Counted from the stretch's first letter, positions 7,805-19,887 are shown. The stretch is DNA of 64,000 nucleotides from Thermotogota bacterium (GCA_030550515.1 JAUQPE010000018.1:3927-67926), one strand, 5' to 3'. Numbers and translations: made by a program. The notes: generated from the sequence alone by a model not told the origin.

Positions 7805-8971
7805 TCACCTCCTGTACACCGCGAGGGGAACGAGCAACTCGTCCTTCGTCAGGCTTCCGTGTCTACCTTTCAAGCTCTCTTCTTTACCCGTGTATCTGTA
7901 GTTAAAAGAGTAGTTCCCTCTCGCTATCAAGACGACATCCCCTACCCTTTCGAAAAAGTCCCAGTGACGCCTCCCCTTTCCAAAGAGCCACACGTGTTCT
8001 TTCGGATCGAGAAAGAGTGCGAGATCTTTGTACTTCTCCACGAGATATTCTACCAAAGTTCTCTTTCTGCGTGTGTGAAGGTACATCATCCTCTGTTCAC
8101 CCGACGGGGGTTTCTCCAGAAATTTCATCACCTCTGAGGAGTTGTCCCACCAGATCTCGTTTTCTTGGGGCGTCTCGATAACACCGTGGTCGCTCAACAG
8201 GAAAAAGGTTGTGTCTGGCCTCAACTTCCTGAGAAGTTCCTTTTTTAAGATCTCCACAAACCACCGCAGTTCCACCTCGTAAGCTTTTCCCACACCACTT
8301 CTGTGTGCGACGCTATCGCAAGAGGGCCAGTAGGAGAATATCAGCTTTTTTCCCTCTCCATCCGAGATGTCCAAGATGGCTTGGATCATGTCACCGAACC
8401 CCGAGAACGGTACTTGTTCTGCCCCCACACTCATGATTTTCGAAAAACCGGAGCCAGCGATGTGCCTTGGGACCAAGAAGAAGCTCTTCACACCTTTTTC
8501 GGAAAGCACCTGAAAGATCGTCCTGAAAGACGTGTTGAGGTTTCTCAGGACGGTGTCCCGTGGGTAACCGGGAGGAGACATGTCTATCACGTTAACGAGA
8601 CACCCCGTTTCCTTCAAGTATAACAAGTAACCGAGAAAACCGTGTTCCAACGGTGTCAATCCAGAGTAGATACTCGGCAAGGCCGTAGCGGTGGTCGTTG
8701 GGAAAACGGAGGTACACTGGTAAACCTTCAGGGTGGGATCTTCTGGGAGGTTTTTGACGAACTTTTCGTATCCAACACCGTCCAGAACCATGACGACCAC
8801 TTTCTCCGCACCGGAAAGATATGACCTTTCCAAAGGAAAGGGTTCGTGGAAGGTTACCGAGCCGAAATGTTCCAATATGAGGTTAGAGAAGTTCACGATC
8901 GAATAACCGTCGTACGATGGGACGAAGAGGTCATCGGTTAACTTCCTGAGCTTCAAAGCCTCACCTCCCAC
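7805..8971 (-). CDS. alkaline-phosphatase-superfamily metalloenzyme (ApgM/phosphopentomutase/PglZ-like), specific function unassigned
   Basis: N-terminal VVVMVLDGVGYE metal-site-like segment and C-terminal LLSDHGV motif typical of the AP superfamily. Confidence 0.5.
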   Translation of the reverse strand: MGGEALKLRKLTDDLFVPSYDGYSIVNFSNLILEHFGSVTFHEPFPLERSYLSGAEKVVVMVLDGVGYEKFVKNLPEDPTLKVYQCTSVFPTTTATALPSIYSGLTPLEHGFLGYLLYLKETGCLVNVIDMSPPGYPRDTVLRNLNTSFRTIFQVLSEKGVKSFFLVPRHIAGSGFSKIMSVGAEQVPFSGFGDMIQAILDISDGEGKKLIFSYWPSCDSVAHRSGVGKAYEVELRWFVEILKKELLRKLRPDTTFFLLSDHGVIETPQENEIWWDNSSEVMKFLEKPPSGEQRMMYLHTRRKRTLVEYLVEKYKDLALFLDPKEHVWLFGKGRRHWDFFERVGDVVLIARGNYSFNYRYTGKEESLKGRHGSLTKDELLVPLAVYRR

Positions 8972-9010
8972 CTATGTCTGGTATAATTCTAACAGCACGG
9001 AGTTGATAGC

Positions 9011-9991
9011 ATGGTGAGGGTGCTGGTGAGAAGGGACTTCGTCGAAAAAATGAAAGAACTGCTCAAAGAGGTTCAAGAAGAGGTTGAATGGGACTTCTAT
9101 GAAGGGGAAGGATACAAAGAAAAGCTGCTCTCGGAGAAGTGGGATGTGGTGTTGGGGGAAAAGATATTGGATTTGGAGGACACGATCTTCGTAGATGATT
9201 TCAAAACCCTCCTGCTTGGTGTCCAGCTTGCCGTCAAAAAGAAAGAGTGCGATCGGCTCAGAAGCAAGTACGCGCTGTTGTTCTACACTCCCGAGCTTCA
9301 GGGATCGGTGATAAAGAGGACGCTCTTTCAGGTGCAAAAGTATTACAACTCCTACAACGTCTTTGCGTTGGTGGCGGAGAAGGGAGTCCACAAGCATGCG
9401 TACGTTGAGTTCGTCACGAACGGGGAGTACGTTCAGTTGACTTATCACGACAAGATCTCTTTCAGCAAAAATTCCGCCACGCTCTTCATAGACGACGTTC
9501 CTTCCGATTTCCGCGTACCGGAGATCTCGGGCAGAAAGATCGTCTTGGGGATGGAGACCGTTCCCCGTGATCTTCCATACGTCTTCGTCCCGCCCCTTAG
9601 AGAGCGAAAGGCTGACATTCCCTACATGTTGGATGGTGTGTTGAAATCCCTGCAGCTGAAAGGTAAGGTCGTCAAGGTAGATGAAGACCTGTTGGACCTC
9701 TTGATGAACTATCACTGGCCCGGAAACACGCAAGAATTTTTGGAGAAGGTTCACCTTATACTCCTGGAGGGAGACCCATTCGAACAGGTGAAGATCTTGT
9801 TGGAAAACGTCGAGAAGATTTCTACGTTGAACTTCAAAGAGTTCATGGACGCCGCCGTGTCCTACATAGAGAAGAGAGTGATAGAGAAAGCCCTCGAGGA
9901 AAGTGGGGGAAGCAGAAGGAAAGCGTGCGAGATGCTGGGCATGAACTACAAGACGTTGTCCTACAAGGTGAAGAAGTACGGTCTCGATTAG
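9011..9991 (+). CDS. degenerate NtrC-like enhancer-binding-protein homolog (Fis-type HTH retained; Walker A and GAFTGA absent)
   Basis: retains the Walker-B-like TLFIDDV, the VPPLRERKADIPYML arginine-finger region, NYHWPGNTQEF (YxWPGNxREL) and C-terminal HTH RRKACEMLGMNYKTLSYKVKKYGL; lacks GxxGxGK and GAFTGA; upstream extended -10 TGgTATAAT at 8980-8988. Confidence 0.6.
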   Translation: MVRVLVRRDFVEKMKELLKEVQEEVEWDFYEGEGYKEKLLSEKWDVVLGEKILDLEDTIFVDDFKTLLLGVQLAVKKKECDRLRSKYALLFYTPELQGSVIKRTLFQVQKYYNSYNVFALVAEKGVHKHAYVEFVTNGEYVQLTYHDKISFSKNSATLFIDDVPSDFRVPEISGRKIVLGMETVPRDLPYVFVPPLRERKADIPYMLDGVLKSLQLKGKVVKVDEDLLDLLMNYHWPGNTQEFLEKVHLILLEGDPFEQVKILLENVEKISTLNFKEFMDAAVSYIEKRVIEKALEESGGSRRKACEMLGMNYKTLSYKVKKYGLD

Positions 9992-11109
9992 GTTAGGGCT
10001 TTCTCTCTCTTCGCGAAGTACACAAGTTCCGCCTCAATGAAGATGTCCAGCTCCCCGTCCAATACGGCTTCCACGTTCCCCGTTTCCACACCGGTCCTGT
10101 GGTCTTTCACGAGCGTGTAAGGTTGAAAGACATAAGATCTGATCTGGTTTCCCCACGCGATTTCCTTTAGTTCTCCCTGCAATTCTTGAATTTCCCTCCT
10201 TCTCTTCTCCATCTCCAACTGGTAGAGCCTTGCTTTCAAGATCTTCAGGGCGGTCTGTTTGTTTTGGTGCTGTGACCTTTCGTTTTGACAGGAGACCACG
10301 ATCCCTGTAGGGATGTGGGTGATACGAACGGCGGATTCCGTCTTGTTGACGTACTGTCCTCCATGCCCGGACGCGCGGAAGGTTTCTATCTTGAGATCTT
10401 CCGGTCTTATCTCTATATCCACATCGTCATCTATCTCCGGTATCACGTTCACCGACGCGAAAGACGTGTGCCTCCTTCTTTGAGCGTCGAAGGGCGAAAT
10501 CCTAACCAAGCGGTGCACACCGGATTCGTGTTTGAGGTAGCCGTAGGCGTAGTCTCCTTTGATGAGGATCATCGCGCTCTTGACACCTGCTTCCTCACCC
10601 GGTTGGTATTCGACGATCTCCACTTCGTATCCTTTCCTCTCGGCCCACCTCATGTACATACGGAGCAACATTTGAGCCCAATCCTGCGACTCCGTACCGC
10701 CCGCACCTGGATGGACGGACAGGTAGGCGTTGTTGGGATCGTACTTTCCGTTCAGAATCATTTCCAACTCGAGACTCTTCACCGCTTCTTCCAGTTCCTT
10801 CACGATACCCTCCACGTGTTGGACCATTTCCAGGTCCTCTTCCGAAAGCTCGATCGCGACCTCCAGGTCTTCGAACAGCTTTCGCACTCTTTCTATATCC
10901 TCTACGAGTCTCTTGTGCCTTTTGAGTTTCTGCGTTTTCTCTTTGGCAACTTTTTGATCGCTCCAAACGGTCGGGTCCGCAAGTTCCACTTCGAGCTCTT
11001 TGAGTTCTTCCTTCATCTTTTCCTCGTCCACGACCGAGAGGATATCTTTGAACTTTTTTTCGAGCTCTTCGATCTTGGTTTTCGTTTCATAGCTTATCAT
11101 TCCCATCAC
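9988..11109 (-). CDS. prfB: peptide chain release factor 2
   Basis: SPF tripeptide ([18 protein letters not shown]) and GGQ motif; single uninterrupted 373-codon ORF. Confidence 0.9.
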   Translation of the reverse strand: MMGMISYETKTKIEELEKKFKDILSVVDEEKMKEELKELEVELADPTVWSDQKVAKEKTQKLKRHKRLVEDIERVRKLFEDLEVAIELSEEDLEMVQHVEGIVKELEEAVKSLELEMILNGKYDPNNAYLSVHPGAGGTESQDWAQMLLRMYMRWAERKGYEVEIVEYQPGEEAGVKSAMILIKGDYAYGYLKHESGVHRLVRISPFDAQRRRHTSFASVNVIPEIDDDVDIEIRPEDLKIETFRASGHGGQYVNKTESAVRITHIPTGIVVSCQNERSQHQNKQTALKILKARLYQLEMEKRRREIQELQGELKEIAWGNQIRSYVFQPYTLVKDHRTGVETGNVEAVLDGELDIFIEAELVYFAKREKALT

Positions 11110-13724
11110 CTCTTCACTCTTATTTTACCAAGTCCGGATGGGCCGTCTCTCTTCTTGTCTTTCTTCTCCAAAGCCCTCCTCATGGCTCGGTTCACGAGGT
11201 TGAACTCCTCGTGGACCAGCCGGACCTTCTCGATCTCCCTCTGGGCCTCCCGCCTCTCCTCGTCGGAGACCTTCACCACCCTTAACACGTAACTTGCGAT
11301 CGTGTCGTTAATCCTTCTCATCATCTCGTCGAACATCAAGAAGGTCTCCCTCTTGAACTCGAGTATGGGGTCTTTCTGGCCGTACGATCGCAGCTGCACC
11401 GACTCTCTCACTTGCTCCACTTCTTCCAGGTATCTTCTCCAGTGCTCGTCTATTATCCTGAGCATCAAAAACCTCACGACCTTCTCGTACTCTTCTCCTA
11501 TCTCCGCTTTCTTCTTTTGATACTCCTCCCAAAGTCTGTCCATCAGATACTGTGCGACTTCCTCGTCTGAATAGAAGTTTTTGCCATCGAGCTCGAAAAG
11601 ACCTTTGGGGAGGAAAGAGAGTGAATTCTTCAAACCTTCGATATCCCAGTTCTTCCCACTGCAGAAACGTTCGACGCGTTCCATCACAACGTCCTCGAAG
11701 ATCTCCCTTAGGAAATCGTCGTAGTCCTCCTTCAGTAGGATCTGGTCTCTCAACGAATAGATCGTGTTCCTCTGTTTGTCCAAAATTTCGTCCATCTGCA
11801 TCAAGGTCTTCCTTATCGAGAAGTTTATCCCCTCAACTTTCTTTTGGATGTTCTCTATCAACTTGGATAACATGGGGTGTTGGATGGGCTGACCTTCTTC
11901 TATCTTCAACAGGTTCATGATCTTCCCTATTTTTTCTCCACCGAAGATCCTGAGTAGGTCGTCCTCTAGAGATAAGAAGAAGATCGACTCGCCGGGATCA
12001 CCCTGTCTTCCCGCTCTTCCCCTGAGTTGGTTGTCTATCCTTCTGCTCTCGTGCCTTTCCGTACCTATCACGCAGAGTCCACCAAGTTCCGCAACGCCTG
12101 GGCCGAGCTTTATGTCCGTTCCCCTTCCGGCCATGTTCGTCGCGATGGTGACCGCTCCCTTTTGACCCGCCTTGGCTATGATCTCGGCTTCTTTCTCGTG
12201 GTACTTCGCGTTCAAGACCTGATGGGGGATACCTTTCTTCTTGAGCATCTCGCTCAGAAGTTCGCTTTTCTCTATGGAAGTCGTCCCAACCAAAACGGGT
12301 TGCCCTTTCCTGTGTCTCTTCTCTATCTCTTCGATGATCTTTTCGTACTTTTCCTTCTGCGTTCTGAAGATCAAGTCGTCGTGGTCTATCCTTATCATCG
12401 GTTTGTGAGTTGGGATCACCACGACTTCCATGCCGTACACCTGGATGAACTCGTTCTCCTCCGTTTTGGCCGTTCCCGTCATACCGGCGAGTTTCTCGTA
12501 CATCCTGAAGTAGTTCTGAAACGTGATCATCGCGTAAGTGACAGTCTCTTCCCTGATGGGGACTCCCTCTTTGGCTTCGATCGCCTGATGGAGCCCCCCG
12601 CTGTAGCGTCTGCCCGGCAGGAGCCTTCCCGTGAACTCGTCGACGATGATCACCTCGCCGTTCATCACCACGTAGTCGACGTCCTTTCTGAAAAGGTGGA
12701 GGGCCTTGAGGGCGTTTATCAAGTGGTACAGTTGGGACACGTTGCTTGGATCGTAGAGGTTGTCCACCCCTATGATCTTTTCGGCTTTCTCTATTCCTTC
12801 CTCCGTGAGGATGACCGTCCTGGCCTTTTCGTCGACGACGAAGTCTTTGTCTTTCACGAACTTTCGTGCGATTTGGGCGAACTTTTTGTAAGTGGAAGGG
12901 CTCTCTTTTGAGGGACCGGAGATTATGAGGGGTGTCCTCGCCTCGTCTATCAGAATGCTGTCTGCTTCGTCGACGATCGCGTAAAAGTGTCCTCTTTGGA
13001 CTTTTTCGTCGTAATCGAGTACGAGGTTATCCTTGAGGTAATCGAACCCGAACTCGTTGTTCGTGCCGTACGTGACGTCGCAAAGATACGCTTCCTTTCT
13101 GGAGACCTCCTTGAGTTCCACAGAGAAGGCTTCCAAGGCTTCCCCGTTCATGCTTTCCTCTCTCAGCACCTCGTCTTCGTAACCGTCAGGCCAGACACTC
13201 AGGTTCTCTTTCAGGGCTCTCTCGAAGAGGTCTTGGTTCTTCCAAACCACCTCGTAAGACTTCCCAAGCGGATTTATCACCCCAACTCTCAGTCCCAAGA
13301 AGAGGTATATGGGACCCATCCAGAGTGCGTCTCTCCTCGCCAAGTAATCGTTCACCGTCACAAGATGTACGCCCTTACCGAGTAGGGCGTTCAAGTAGAT
13401 GGGCATGGTAGCCGCGAGTGTCTTCCCCTCGCCGGTTTTCATCTCTGCGACTTTTCCTTCGTGTAGGGCGATTCCTCCCATCACCTGTTCGTCGAAGGGC
13501 CTCATACCCAGTGTTCTTCTCGCCACCTCACGTACCAAAGCAAAGGCTTCCTCCAGGTGTTCATCCAGATCTTCCAACTTGGAAATCGAAGCCTTCAAAC
13601 TTTTCGAGAATTCTACAAGTTCCAAGTTGGTCATCGATCTAAACCTCGGTTTGAGTTGGTTTATCCTGTCCACGATCTTCCTGTACCTTCTCAGTGTCCA
13701 CTTGTCCTTGTCGAAGAAGAACAT
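11106..13724 (-). CDS. secA: preprotein translocase ATPase SecA
   Basis: 872 aa, Walker [10 protein letters not shown] and SecA DEAD-like motor motifs; overlaps prfB by 4 nt. Confidence 0.95.
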   Translation of the reverse strand: MFFFDKDKWTLRRYRKIVDRINQLKPRFRSMTNLELVEFSKSLKASISKLEDLDEHLEEAFALVREVARRTLGMRPFDEQVMGGIALHEGKVAEMKTGEGKTLAATMPIYLNALLGKGVHLVTVNDYLARRDALWMGPIYLFLGLRVGVINPLGKSYEVVWKNQDLFERALKENLSVWPDGYEDEVLREESMNGEALEAFSVELKEVSRKEAYLCDVTYGTNNEFGFDYLKDNLVLDYDEKVQRGHFYAIVDEADSILIDEARTPLIISGPSKESPSTYKKFAQIARKFVKDKDFVVDEKARTVILTEEGIEKAEKIIGVDNLYDPSNVSQLYHLINALKALHLFRKDVDYVVMNGEVIIVDEFTGRLLPGRRYSGGLHQAIEAKEGVPIREETVTYAMITFQNYFRMYEKLAGMTGTAKTEENEFIQVYGMEVVVIPTHKPMIRIDHDDLIFRTQKEKYEKIIEEIEKRHRKGQPVLVGTTSIEKSELLSEMLKKKGIPHQVLNAKYHEKEAEIIAKAGQKGAVTIATNMAGRGTDIKLGPGVAELGGLCVIGTERHESRRIDNQLRGRAGRQGDPGESIFFLSLEDDLLRIFGGEKIGKIMNLLKIEEGQPIQHPMLSKLIENIQKKVEGINFSIRKTLMQMDEILDKQRNTIYSLRDQILLKEDYDDFLREIFEDVVMERVERFCSGKNWDIEGLKNSLSFLPKGLFELDGKNFYSDEEVAQYLMDRLWEEYQKKKAEIGEEYEKVVRFLMLRIIDEHWRRYLEEVEQVRESVQLRSYGQKDPILEFKRETFLMFDEMMRRINDTIASYVLRVVKVSDEERREAQREIEKVRLVHEEFNLVNRAMRRALEKKDKKRDGPSGLGKIRVKR

Positions 13725-13725
13725 C

Positions 13726-15051
13726 TCACATTACCCCCATCCGATAAGTTATCTTACCCGCTCCAAGATACTGAAGGAGAAAGAAACTAGCGTTCACTCT
13801 CAATCCCACCAGCTTGCCAACGATTCTTCCGAGATCGACGAACATGCAGATCCCGCCACCAATCAAAGGAAACCTCCTGAGAAAGAACTGATAGCTTGGG
13901 TGATCGCCCAATACTTTCCTTTCGAAAGTCCTGGTCAAAACGGTTTTTTCCAGCGATGAGAAGATCAAGAAATCCCTGTACTCGTAGATTTTGAACTGGG
14001 TTTCTCCTAGGTGTAATTCCATCTCACCTTCCCTTTTTCTGATCGCCCCGTACTTCACCAAGTCACTCTCCAATTCCTTTAGCCCCGCCCCTTTAAAGAA
14101 CACCGAAAAAGACGGTGGATCCCAGAGGTTACCCACGACGAACACGTTCTCTTGCGCTCGAGCGCCAACCAAATTGAATATGTCCCTGAGTTTGGTGACT
14201 TCCTCCCGATTTCCCGCGAACCACGATAAGAGAAACGTCTCGAAACCTTTCGTGTCACCTTTGGGAACGCGAACGTAGAGATCGCCAAGAAATGGAAGAA
14301 AAGCCATGTTGTCACCAACCGTTGTTTGGGATTCACACACCACCTTGTGTTCCAGAACGATCTCGAAGAACAGGTCCTTCACTTCTCCTTTCAAAAAGGC
14401 CTCTCCACTGTAACCCATGAACTCCAACTCTCTGAAGTAACCAAACACCTTCCCCTTTTCATCCAGCTCGATTTCGTCCAACGCCTTCTCCAACCTTTGC
14501 GCTCCAAATTCCAGCGCGTTAACATCCACACCGGACATAACCAGATATCTCCCAAACCTTTTGAGGTACAAAGAGGTCTTCTTGTCTCGGAAAAAGAACG
14601 TGTCACCTTTACCTTGAGGGGATATTCCCAGAAATCTAGAGAACTCTTCCAAGAATTTGACAAAGTCTCCCTCAAATTCTACCACCAACACTTTCTCGTT
14701 CAAATTCCTCGGGAAATTGATATAGTGCTCAATGTCGAACTTCAAAAGATCTGTCAAAGCGAACCGTCCCTTCCCCGCTACCAAGATACGTTTGGAGAAC
14801 GCCAACAAGATTGGAGTGGGATCCGAAACCTTTTGAGCCAAGGTCCTGTTGACGGTTCCCTCAAATCCCAAACCTTTCTCCCCGAACAGTAACTCAAAGA
14901 AAGGAAGCCCCCTCAAACCATCGTAGAGCGTTTTGGTTCCGTCTATCAGGACAAAGTAGTCGTGGCTGGAAGGAAAGAAATCGAGGATCGAACTCAAAAG
15001 CGCCGTTCCATAGAGTGCGATCAGTGAAAAAAACAAAATCGCTTTCCTCAT
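13726..15051 (-). CDS. large exported protein of unknown function (DUF3352-like)
   Basis: start [15 protein letters not shown] (signal/TM); ATG overlaps the tlyA stop (ATGA). Confidence 0.4.
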   Translation of the reverse strand: MRKAILFFSLIALYGTALLSSILDFFPSSHDYFVLIDGTKTLYDGLRGLPFFELLFGEKGLGFEGTVNRTLAQKVSDPTPILLAFSKRILVAGKGRFALTDLLKFDIEHYINFPRNLNEKVLVVEFEGDFVKFLEEFSRFLGISPQGKGDTFFFRDKKTSLYLKRFGRYLVMSGVDVNALEFGAQRLEKALDEIELDEKGKVFGYFRELEFMGYSGEAFLKGEVKDLFFEIVLEHKVVCESQTTVGDNMAFLPFLGDLYVRVPKGDTKGFETFLLSWFAGNREEVTKLRDIFNLVGARAQENVFVVGNLWDPPSFSVFFKGAGLKELESDLVKYGAIRKREGEMELHLGETQFKIYEYRDFLIFSSLEKTVLTRTFERKVLGDHPSYQFFLRRFPLIGGGICMFVDLGRIVGKLVGLRVNASFFLLQYLGAGKITYRMGVM

Positions 15052-15860
15052 TCTTCCAGCTCCCCGAAGAAATCTTTTGCGCCCTTTACGATCCTTTCGA
15101 AATCTATCTCTTCTGATGGTCCTTTCCCCTTTTTCACCCAGAAGAAGTACTCGACGTTTCCACTGGTTCCCTTTAGTTTCGAAAACACACATCCCTTCAC
15201 GGTAAAACCGCTGTCTATCAATGCTCTATGGATGTCCTCCAACACCCCCACGTGGGTTGCAAAATCCCTAACCACACCTTTCTTTGCGGAACCTCTAGGA
15301 GCTTCAAACTGTGGCTTTACGAGTACGAGAGCCTCTCCATCGTCTTTGAGGATGTCGTAGATGCTCGGCAGGATCTTCTTGACGGATATGAAAGACACGT
15401 CGCACGTTACAAAATCAACCTTTTCTCCCAAGTCTTGCCATCTCAGATAGCGGGCGTTCACGCCTTCCAACAAGACAACTCTTTCGTCCCTTCTCAGTTT
15501 CCAGTGAAGCTGTCCATGTCCAACGTCCACGGCGTACACTCTTTTTGCCCCTCTTTGGAGCAAGAAGTCCGTGAAACCACCCGTCGACGCCCCTATGTCA
15601 CAGGCCACTTTCCCCTCCACGCTTACAGGCAATTGTTCGAAAGCGGATTCTATCTTGTAACCTCCTCTGCTGACGTATCTTTCTCCTTCTTCAATCGTGA
15701 CGACGGCGTCACATGAGAAGGTCTTGCTCGCTTTCGTGACCTTCTCGCCGTTCACAAAAACCTTTCCAGCCATGATCAAAGCTTTCGCCTTCTCACGACT
15801 CTCCACGATGCCTCTCTCCACCATCAATTGATCGAGTCTTATTCTCTTCTCACGAGCCAT
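15048..15860 (-). CDS. tlyA: TlyA-family rRNA 2'-O-methyltransferase (S4 + FtsJ domains)
   Basis: S4-like N-terminus (RLDQLMVERGIVESREKAKALIMAGKVFVNG) and FtsJ motif CDIGASTGGFTD. Confidence 0.8.
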   Translation of the reverse strand: MAREKRIRLDQLMVERGIVESREKAKALIMAGKVFVNGEKVTKASKTFSCDAVVTIEEGERYVSRGGYKIESAFEQLPVSVEGKVACDIGASTGGFTDFLLQRGAKRVYAVDVGHGQLHWKLRRDERVVLLEGVNARYLRWQDLGEKVDFVTCDVSFISVKKILPSIYDILKDDGEALVLVKPQFEAPRGSAKKGVVRDFATHVGVLEDIHRALIDSGFTVKGCVFSKLKGTSGNVEYFFWVKKGKGPSEEIDFERIVKGAKDFFGELEE

Positions 15861-17167
15861 ACACCATCCCTCGTCTTCACCACGATACCCCACTGGAACA
15901 GTCTAACGCTTTGCACACTTTCGAAGATCCTCTTTTCTTTCGCGAAGACGATCGATCGTTCTTTCCCCAAGAAGACCGGCCATCCCCTATTTCTGAGGAA
16001 TCGTCCTTTCCCCAAACTCTCTCCATCGACCGAGCCGTTCTTGAAAAGCAAGAGACTCCCCTCCCACACCGCGAAATCTTCTGCTTCATGTGTACCAACT
16101 ATTTCCCCATCCTTTTCGTTCAAAACGAGGACGTTGCGCCCAACCCCGATGTAAACTTTGTCGTTCCAAACGTCCAATCCCCACGCCCCCTCAAAACCCC
16201 TTTCCCAAATCAGCCTTCTCCTCGAAAGATCGTACACCCTGACAAACCCGCAAACGTCGAGCACGTAAAACTTCCCCTTGGAAAACACAAACTCTACAGG
16301 ACTGTTCGAAACTTCCCAAGCCCACCCGCTCACAAAGTTCAAGAGTCTGCCGGACGCTGTGAGTACCAGATCTTCCCATCTGAAGAGGAAAGGCTCACCG
16401 AAACTGATCTTTCTGTCCCTCAAGACCTCCCCTCTTTTTGTGAGCACGATACCCTTGTAGACGTCCAGTGGATCTTCGACGCTGACAGTCCTGTTCCCGT
16501 TGGTGAGGGAGCCACCTTTGTGAATGTAAACGTCTTCGCCGTCCAAGAAAACCATCTCGACGTTTTCAAAGAAATCCGGAAAGGTTTGGAAAAACATATC
16601 CCTTCCCACGTAAACAATCCTTCCTCCAACTTGTCGAAACCCCTCCTCTACAACTTCCACTCTCTCTCCGACCTGAAGCGTGTGCTTTTCGGGCCAACGT
16701 GGAACCACCAGCACGGGTTTAACCACGACGTTCTTCTCCAGATAACTCCTTGCGTCTTCGATCTTTTTCCTGTACTCTCCCCCTTCGTATACTATGAGTA
16801 AAAAGCGTTCGGGAAGCTTCACATCAGGAAAGAGTTCTTTTAACGCTCTCGAGAGATCATCCGCAAACTTCTCCTTCGGGGAAGGAGCTTCGAAGTTATC
16901 GACGACCTTCTCGCCGTAGACCAGCTGGAACGCGACTAAACCTTCCCGCGCCCTCACTTTCACAAAAATCGGCGCCCCGATGCCTACCAAGATCCCATTC
17001 TTCCAGAAGGCGTCCTCCACCGTGGATCTCATCTCCGATGGTCCATCGTAGACAAGCAAAACTACGGGAAGGTTCTTCCACTCCTCGATGATTTTTTGCT
17101 CTTCCCCCGTTGGTTCACTTTCGCCGAGAAAGTACAAGATCCCGTTTTCTTCGATCTTGAAGTTCAA
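15839..17167 (-). CDS. hypothetical protein with C-terminal beta-propeller-like repeats
   Basis: 442-aa ORF, unrecognised N-terminal domain, C-terminal PQQ-like repeat pattern. Confidence 0.35.
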   Translation of the reverse strand: MNFKIEENGILYFLGESEPTGEEQKIIEEWKNLPVVLLVYDGPSEMRSTVEDAFWKNGILVGIGAPIFVKVRAREGLVAFQLVYGEKVVDNFEAPSPKEKFADDLSRALKELFPDVKLPERFLLIVYEGGEYRKKIEDARSYLEKNVVVKPVLVVPRWPEKHTLQVGERVEVVEEGFRQVGGRIVYVGRDMFFQTFPDFFENVEMVFLDGEDVYIHKGGSLTNGNRTVSVEDPLDVYKGIVLTKRGEVLRDRKISFGEPFLFRWEDLVLTASGRLLNFVSGWAWEVSNSPVEFVFSKGKFYVLDVCGFVRVYDLSRRRLIWERGFEGAWGLDVWNDKVYIGVGRNVLVLNEKDGEIVGTHEAEDFAVWEGSLLLFKNGSVDGESLGKGRFLRNRGWPVFLGKERSIVFAKEKRIFESVQSVRLFQWGIVVKTRDGVWLVRRE

Positions 17168-17187
17168 GGTCCCAAAAACTAGGACAC

Positions 17188-17934
17188 TCAGAACAAGGCT
17201 TTGTAGAAGTACAGACCATGGGCAGGCGCGGTACCAGCAGCGGCGCTTCTGTCGCGTGCTTCGAGCACCTCCTTTACCTTTTGTGGTGGCCAGTCCCCAA
17301 GTCCCACCTTCACGAGGACCGCCACTATGTTTCTCACCATTCTCCTTAAAAAAGACCTTCCTTCAACCCTCACGAGCACCAAATCTTTCTTGAGTTTCAA
17401 GATCCTGATCCTGTATATGGTGCGTACGGGATCCCTTTCGTCTTCACCCGTCTTGAAGGAGCTGAAATCATGCTCTCCTTCAAGGTATCTCGCCGCTTCT
17501 CTCATTCGATCGACGTCCAAATCGTAAGGGAACCACCAAACGTATTTTCTCAAAAACACGTTTTTCTCCTTTGAAGTGTGTATGAAGTAGTGATAGATAC
17601 GCTTCTTCACGTCGTAACGGGGATGAAAGTTTTCGGGTACTTCGTACACTTCCCTCACATAGACGTCATCTGGAAGGTTGGCGTTCAAGGCGTTTTTCAC
17701 GTCCAACAAGGTCATGTTGTCGTTGGGACAGTTGAAGACTACAAGTTGGCCTTCTGCGTGAACACCTGCGTCAGTCCTCCCGGCAGCTTGTGTGTAGATT
17801 CTTTGTTTGAAGATTCTCTCCAAAGCGTCTTCTATCACTCCTTGAATCGTCCTCACGTCCGGTTGTCCTTGGTAGCCGAAGAAATCGCTTCCGTCGTAAG
17901 CCACCACAACAGCTAATCTTCTCACTTCGATCAC
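17188..17934 (-). CDS. truA: tRNA pseudouridine(38-40) synthase
   Basis: conserved TruA catalytic region [11 protein letters not shown]. Confidence 0.9.
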   Translation of the reverse strand: MIEVRRLAVVVAYDGSDFFGYQGQPDVRTIQGVIEDALERIFKQRIYTQAAGRTDAGVHAEGQLVVFNCPNDNMTLLDVKNALNANLPDDVYVREVYEVPENFHPRYDVKKRIYHYFIHTSKEKNVFLRKYVWWFPYDLDVDRMREAARYLEGEHDFSSFKTGEDERDPVRTIYRIRILKLKKDLVLVRVEGRSFLRRMVRNIVAVLVKVGLGDWPPQKVKEVLEARDRSAAAGTAPAHGLYFYKALF

Positions 17935-17988
17935 CCCATGGTAATATTTTAAAAGACGAATTTCAGAGCGGTTTTGAGGTGAAAAGAG

Positions 17989-19887
17989 ATGAAAAAAAAG
18001 TATTTGGCGATCTTTCTAGTTTTTCTCTTCCCTCTGAGCTTGGTGTTCGGTTTTCGTTTTGCGGCTATTTCTGGGAACAGACTCACGATAGTTGAGTTGT
18101 CTTCTGGGAAGTTGAGAACTCTCGCTAGCGTGACTTTACCCTTCAACGTGAAAGACGGGGTTATCGTCTCAGACAAAGTTTACCTTGTATCCGACAAGGT
18201 GTACGAGTACAACTTAGACGGTAACTTTCTGGCTAGGACGGTCAACGTGGCTGGGGAGGGAATCCTCTGGGATGGCGAGGTGTTGATTACGTGGGGTGGG
18301 AGGACGGTCTTCCTCATCGATCCAAGCACGCTGAACCTTGAGAGGTTGTCCTTTTCAGCGGTTGTGAACGACGTAATCCTCATCGGAGAACAACTTCTCG
18401 TCTCGTACGGTAGGTTCGTCGAGCTCTTCAGCAAGAAAGACAAGACGACCGTGTGGAAGATAGAGGCGCGAAACGAAATTTTTTCGATAACCTACAATCC
18501 TGTCAAAAAGGCTTTCGCAGCCATCACTGAAAACAGAAACTTCTTCATCGTCAGCCTTGAAAGGGAAAGAGTCCCCCGAGTGGTCTACTCGATAGATTTG
18601 GGAGAGAGAGGAAAACTGTGCTGGTACGGGGATATCTTGATCCTTTATTCGGAAAGGGACGTGAGTTTTTACAACACCGAAAATGTGAGGGCACCGAGAA
18701 GGGTATCCAGAAGGAGTTTCCCGTCACCGATCACATCTGCCGTGTTCGCCGAAGGGAACTTCTTCCTTGGTTCGAGCAACAGGCTTTACGTTGTGTCTCC
18801 CAGTTTGAAAGTTGACGAGTACAGCCTGACCGCCCAACGGATAGTGATGATGTATGCGCCCAAAGAAGAGAGGGTACTTTCGCCTGGAACGATCGTGTGG
18901 TCTACGAGTTTGGGATCGGAAGTCAGGGGAGTTCCTGCCTTCACTGGTAGCGACGTGTTGGTGGTGGACACGGATGGGAACGTCCACAGCGTATCCCTCG
19001 CGGGCAAGAAGAACTGGGTCTTCAAGACTGGGTTCATCGTGACTTCTCCCCCAGTCTTTCACAACGGCGTTGTGTACGTGGCGGGGTGGGACGACTTCGT
19101 CTACGCGATATCGGTGGATGGAAAGTTGATGTGGAAGACCAGGTTGGATTCCGACCTTTCGAGACCTTTCTCCGTGAGTCCGTACGGGATTCACGTCGCT
19201 TCAGACAACGGTTATCTGCACTTGCTCGATTTTTCCGGTAAGATCCTTTGGAGTTACAAAAACGATGAGTGGATCTCCACGAAGGTGGTGACGGACAGCC
19301 TTGGGAACACCTACTTTGGAACGTCGCAGAATTCCGTTTATTCGATCTTCGCCAGGGGAACGCTGAGATGGAAGGCTACCTTAGATAGCTGGCCCGTGGT
19401 GGGTCCCGTGTTGACGAGAGATTCCTTGTTCGTGGGAACGCTCTCTGGGAAGGTCTACAGGATCAACAGGAACACCGGTGAAGTGGTGTGGAGGAAAGAC
19501 CTCCCTGCAACGAAGGACAGTAGTCTTTTGATTTACAGGGACTTCTTGGTGGTTGGCTGCGTGGATGGAATATACATCGTGGTTGTGGGAACTGGTGACA
19601 GCCGGAGAATATTTTCCGCTCCAAATCCTTCGTCTGTGGCAGTTTCAGAAGAGGGACACGTCTACTTCGTTTCTGGAAACGAGTTGTACTCCATAGATCT
19701 ACTCGGAAACTTGAGGTGGAAGGTAACCGTGGGTGAAAGTCTCGCACCGATCCTCATAGTTGAAAATGGAGTCGTGGTTGTGAACAGAAGAGGTGAGTTG
19801 TTCCTCGTGTACGACAGGACCAGCGGACCTGCAAAGGAATGGGGAATGATTCAAAGAGACGCTCAGAACACTGGCAACTTGAGGTGA
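17989..19887 (+). CDS. secreted PQQ-repeat beta-propeller protein
   Basis: signal peptide [21 protein letters not shown], multiple PQQ-like repeats (G.VY....G.L.A.D..TG..LW). Confidence 0.6.
   Translation: MKKKYLAIFLVFLFPLSLVFGFRFAAISGNRLTIVELSSGKLRTLASVTLPFNVKDGVIVSDKVYLVSDKVYEYNLDGNFLARTVNVAGEGILWDGEVLITWGGRTVFLIDPSTLNLERLSFSAVVNDVILIGEQLLVSYGRFVELFSKKDKTTVWKIEARNEIFSITYNPVKKAFAAITENRNFFIVSLERERVPRVVYSIDLGERGKLCWYGDILILYSERDVSFYNTENVRAPRRVSRRSFPSPITSAVFAEGNFFLGSSNRLYVVSPSLKVDEYSLTAQRIVMMYAPKEERVLSPGTIVWSTSLGSEVRGVPAFTGSDVLVVDTDGNVHSVSLAGKKNWVFKTGFIVTSPPVFHNGVVYVAGWDDFVYAISVDGKLMWKTRLDSDLSRPFSVSPYGIHVASDNGYLHLLDFSGKILWSYKNDEWISTKVVTDSLGNTYFGTSQNSVYSIFARGTLRWKATLDSWPVVGPVLTRDSLFVGTLSGKVYRINRNTGEVVWRKDLPATKDSSLLIYRDFLVVGCVDGIYIVVVGTGDSRRIFSAPNPSSVAVSEEGHVYFVSGNELYSIDLLGNLRWKVTVGESLAPILIVENGVVVVNRRGELFLVYDRTSGPAKEWGMIQRDAQNTGNLR

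Noticed and set aside
8972-9754. 260-aa minus-strand ORF
   Set aside because: Lies entirely antisense to the better-supported plus-strand EBP-like gene (9011-9991), which has recognisable domain motifs and a promoter; no motifs of its own.
9988-11109. Expected programmed +1 frameshift in prfB
   Set aside because: The RF2 ORF is continuous from its first Met through GGQ and SPF motifs to the stop; no short upstream ORF ending in a CUU UGA C-like site was seen, so this prfB appears frameshift-free.
10285-11292. 335-aa plus-strand ORF
   Set aside because: Antisense to prfB/secA junction; both sense genes are certain.
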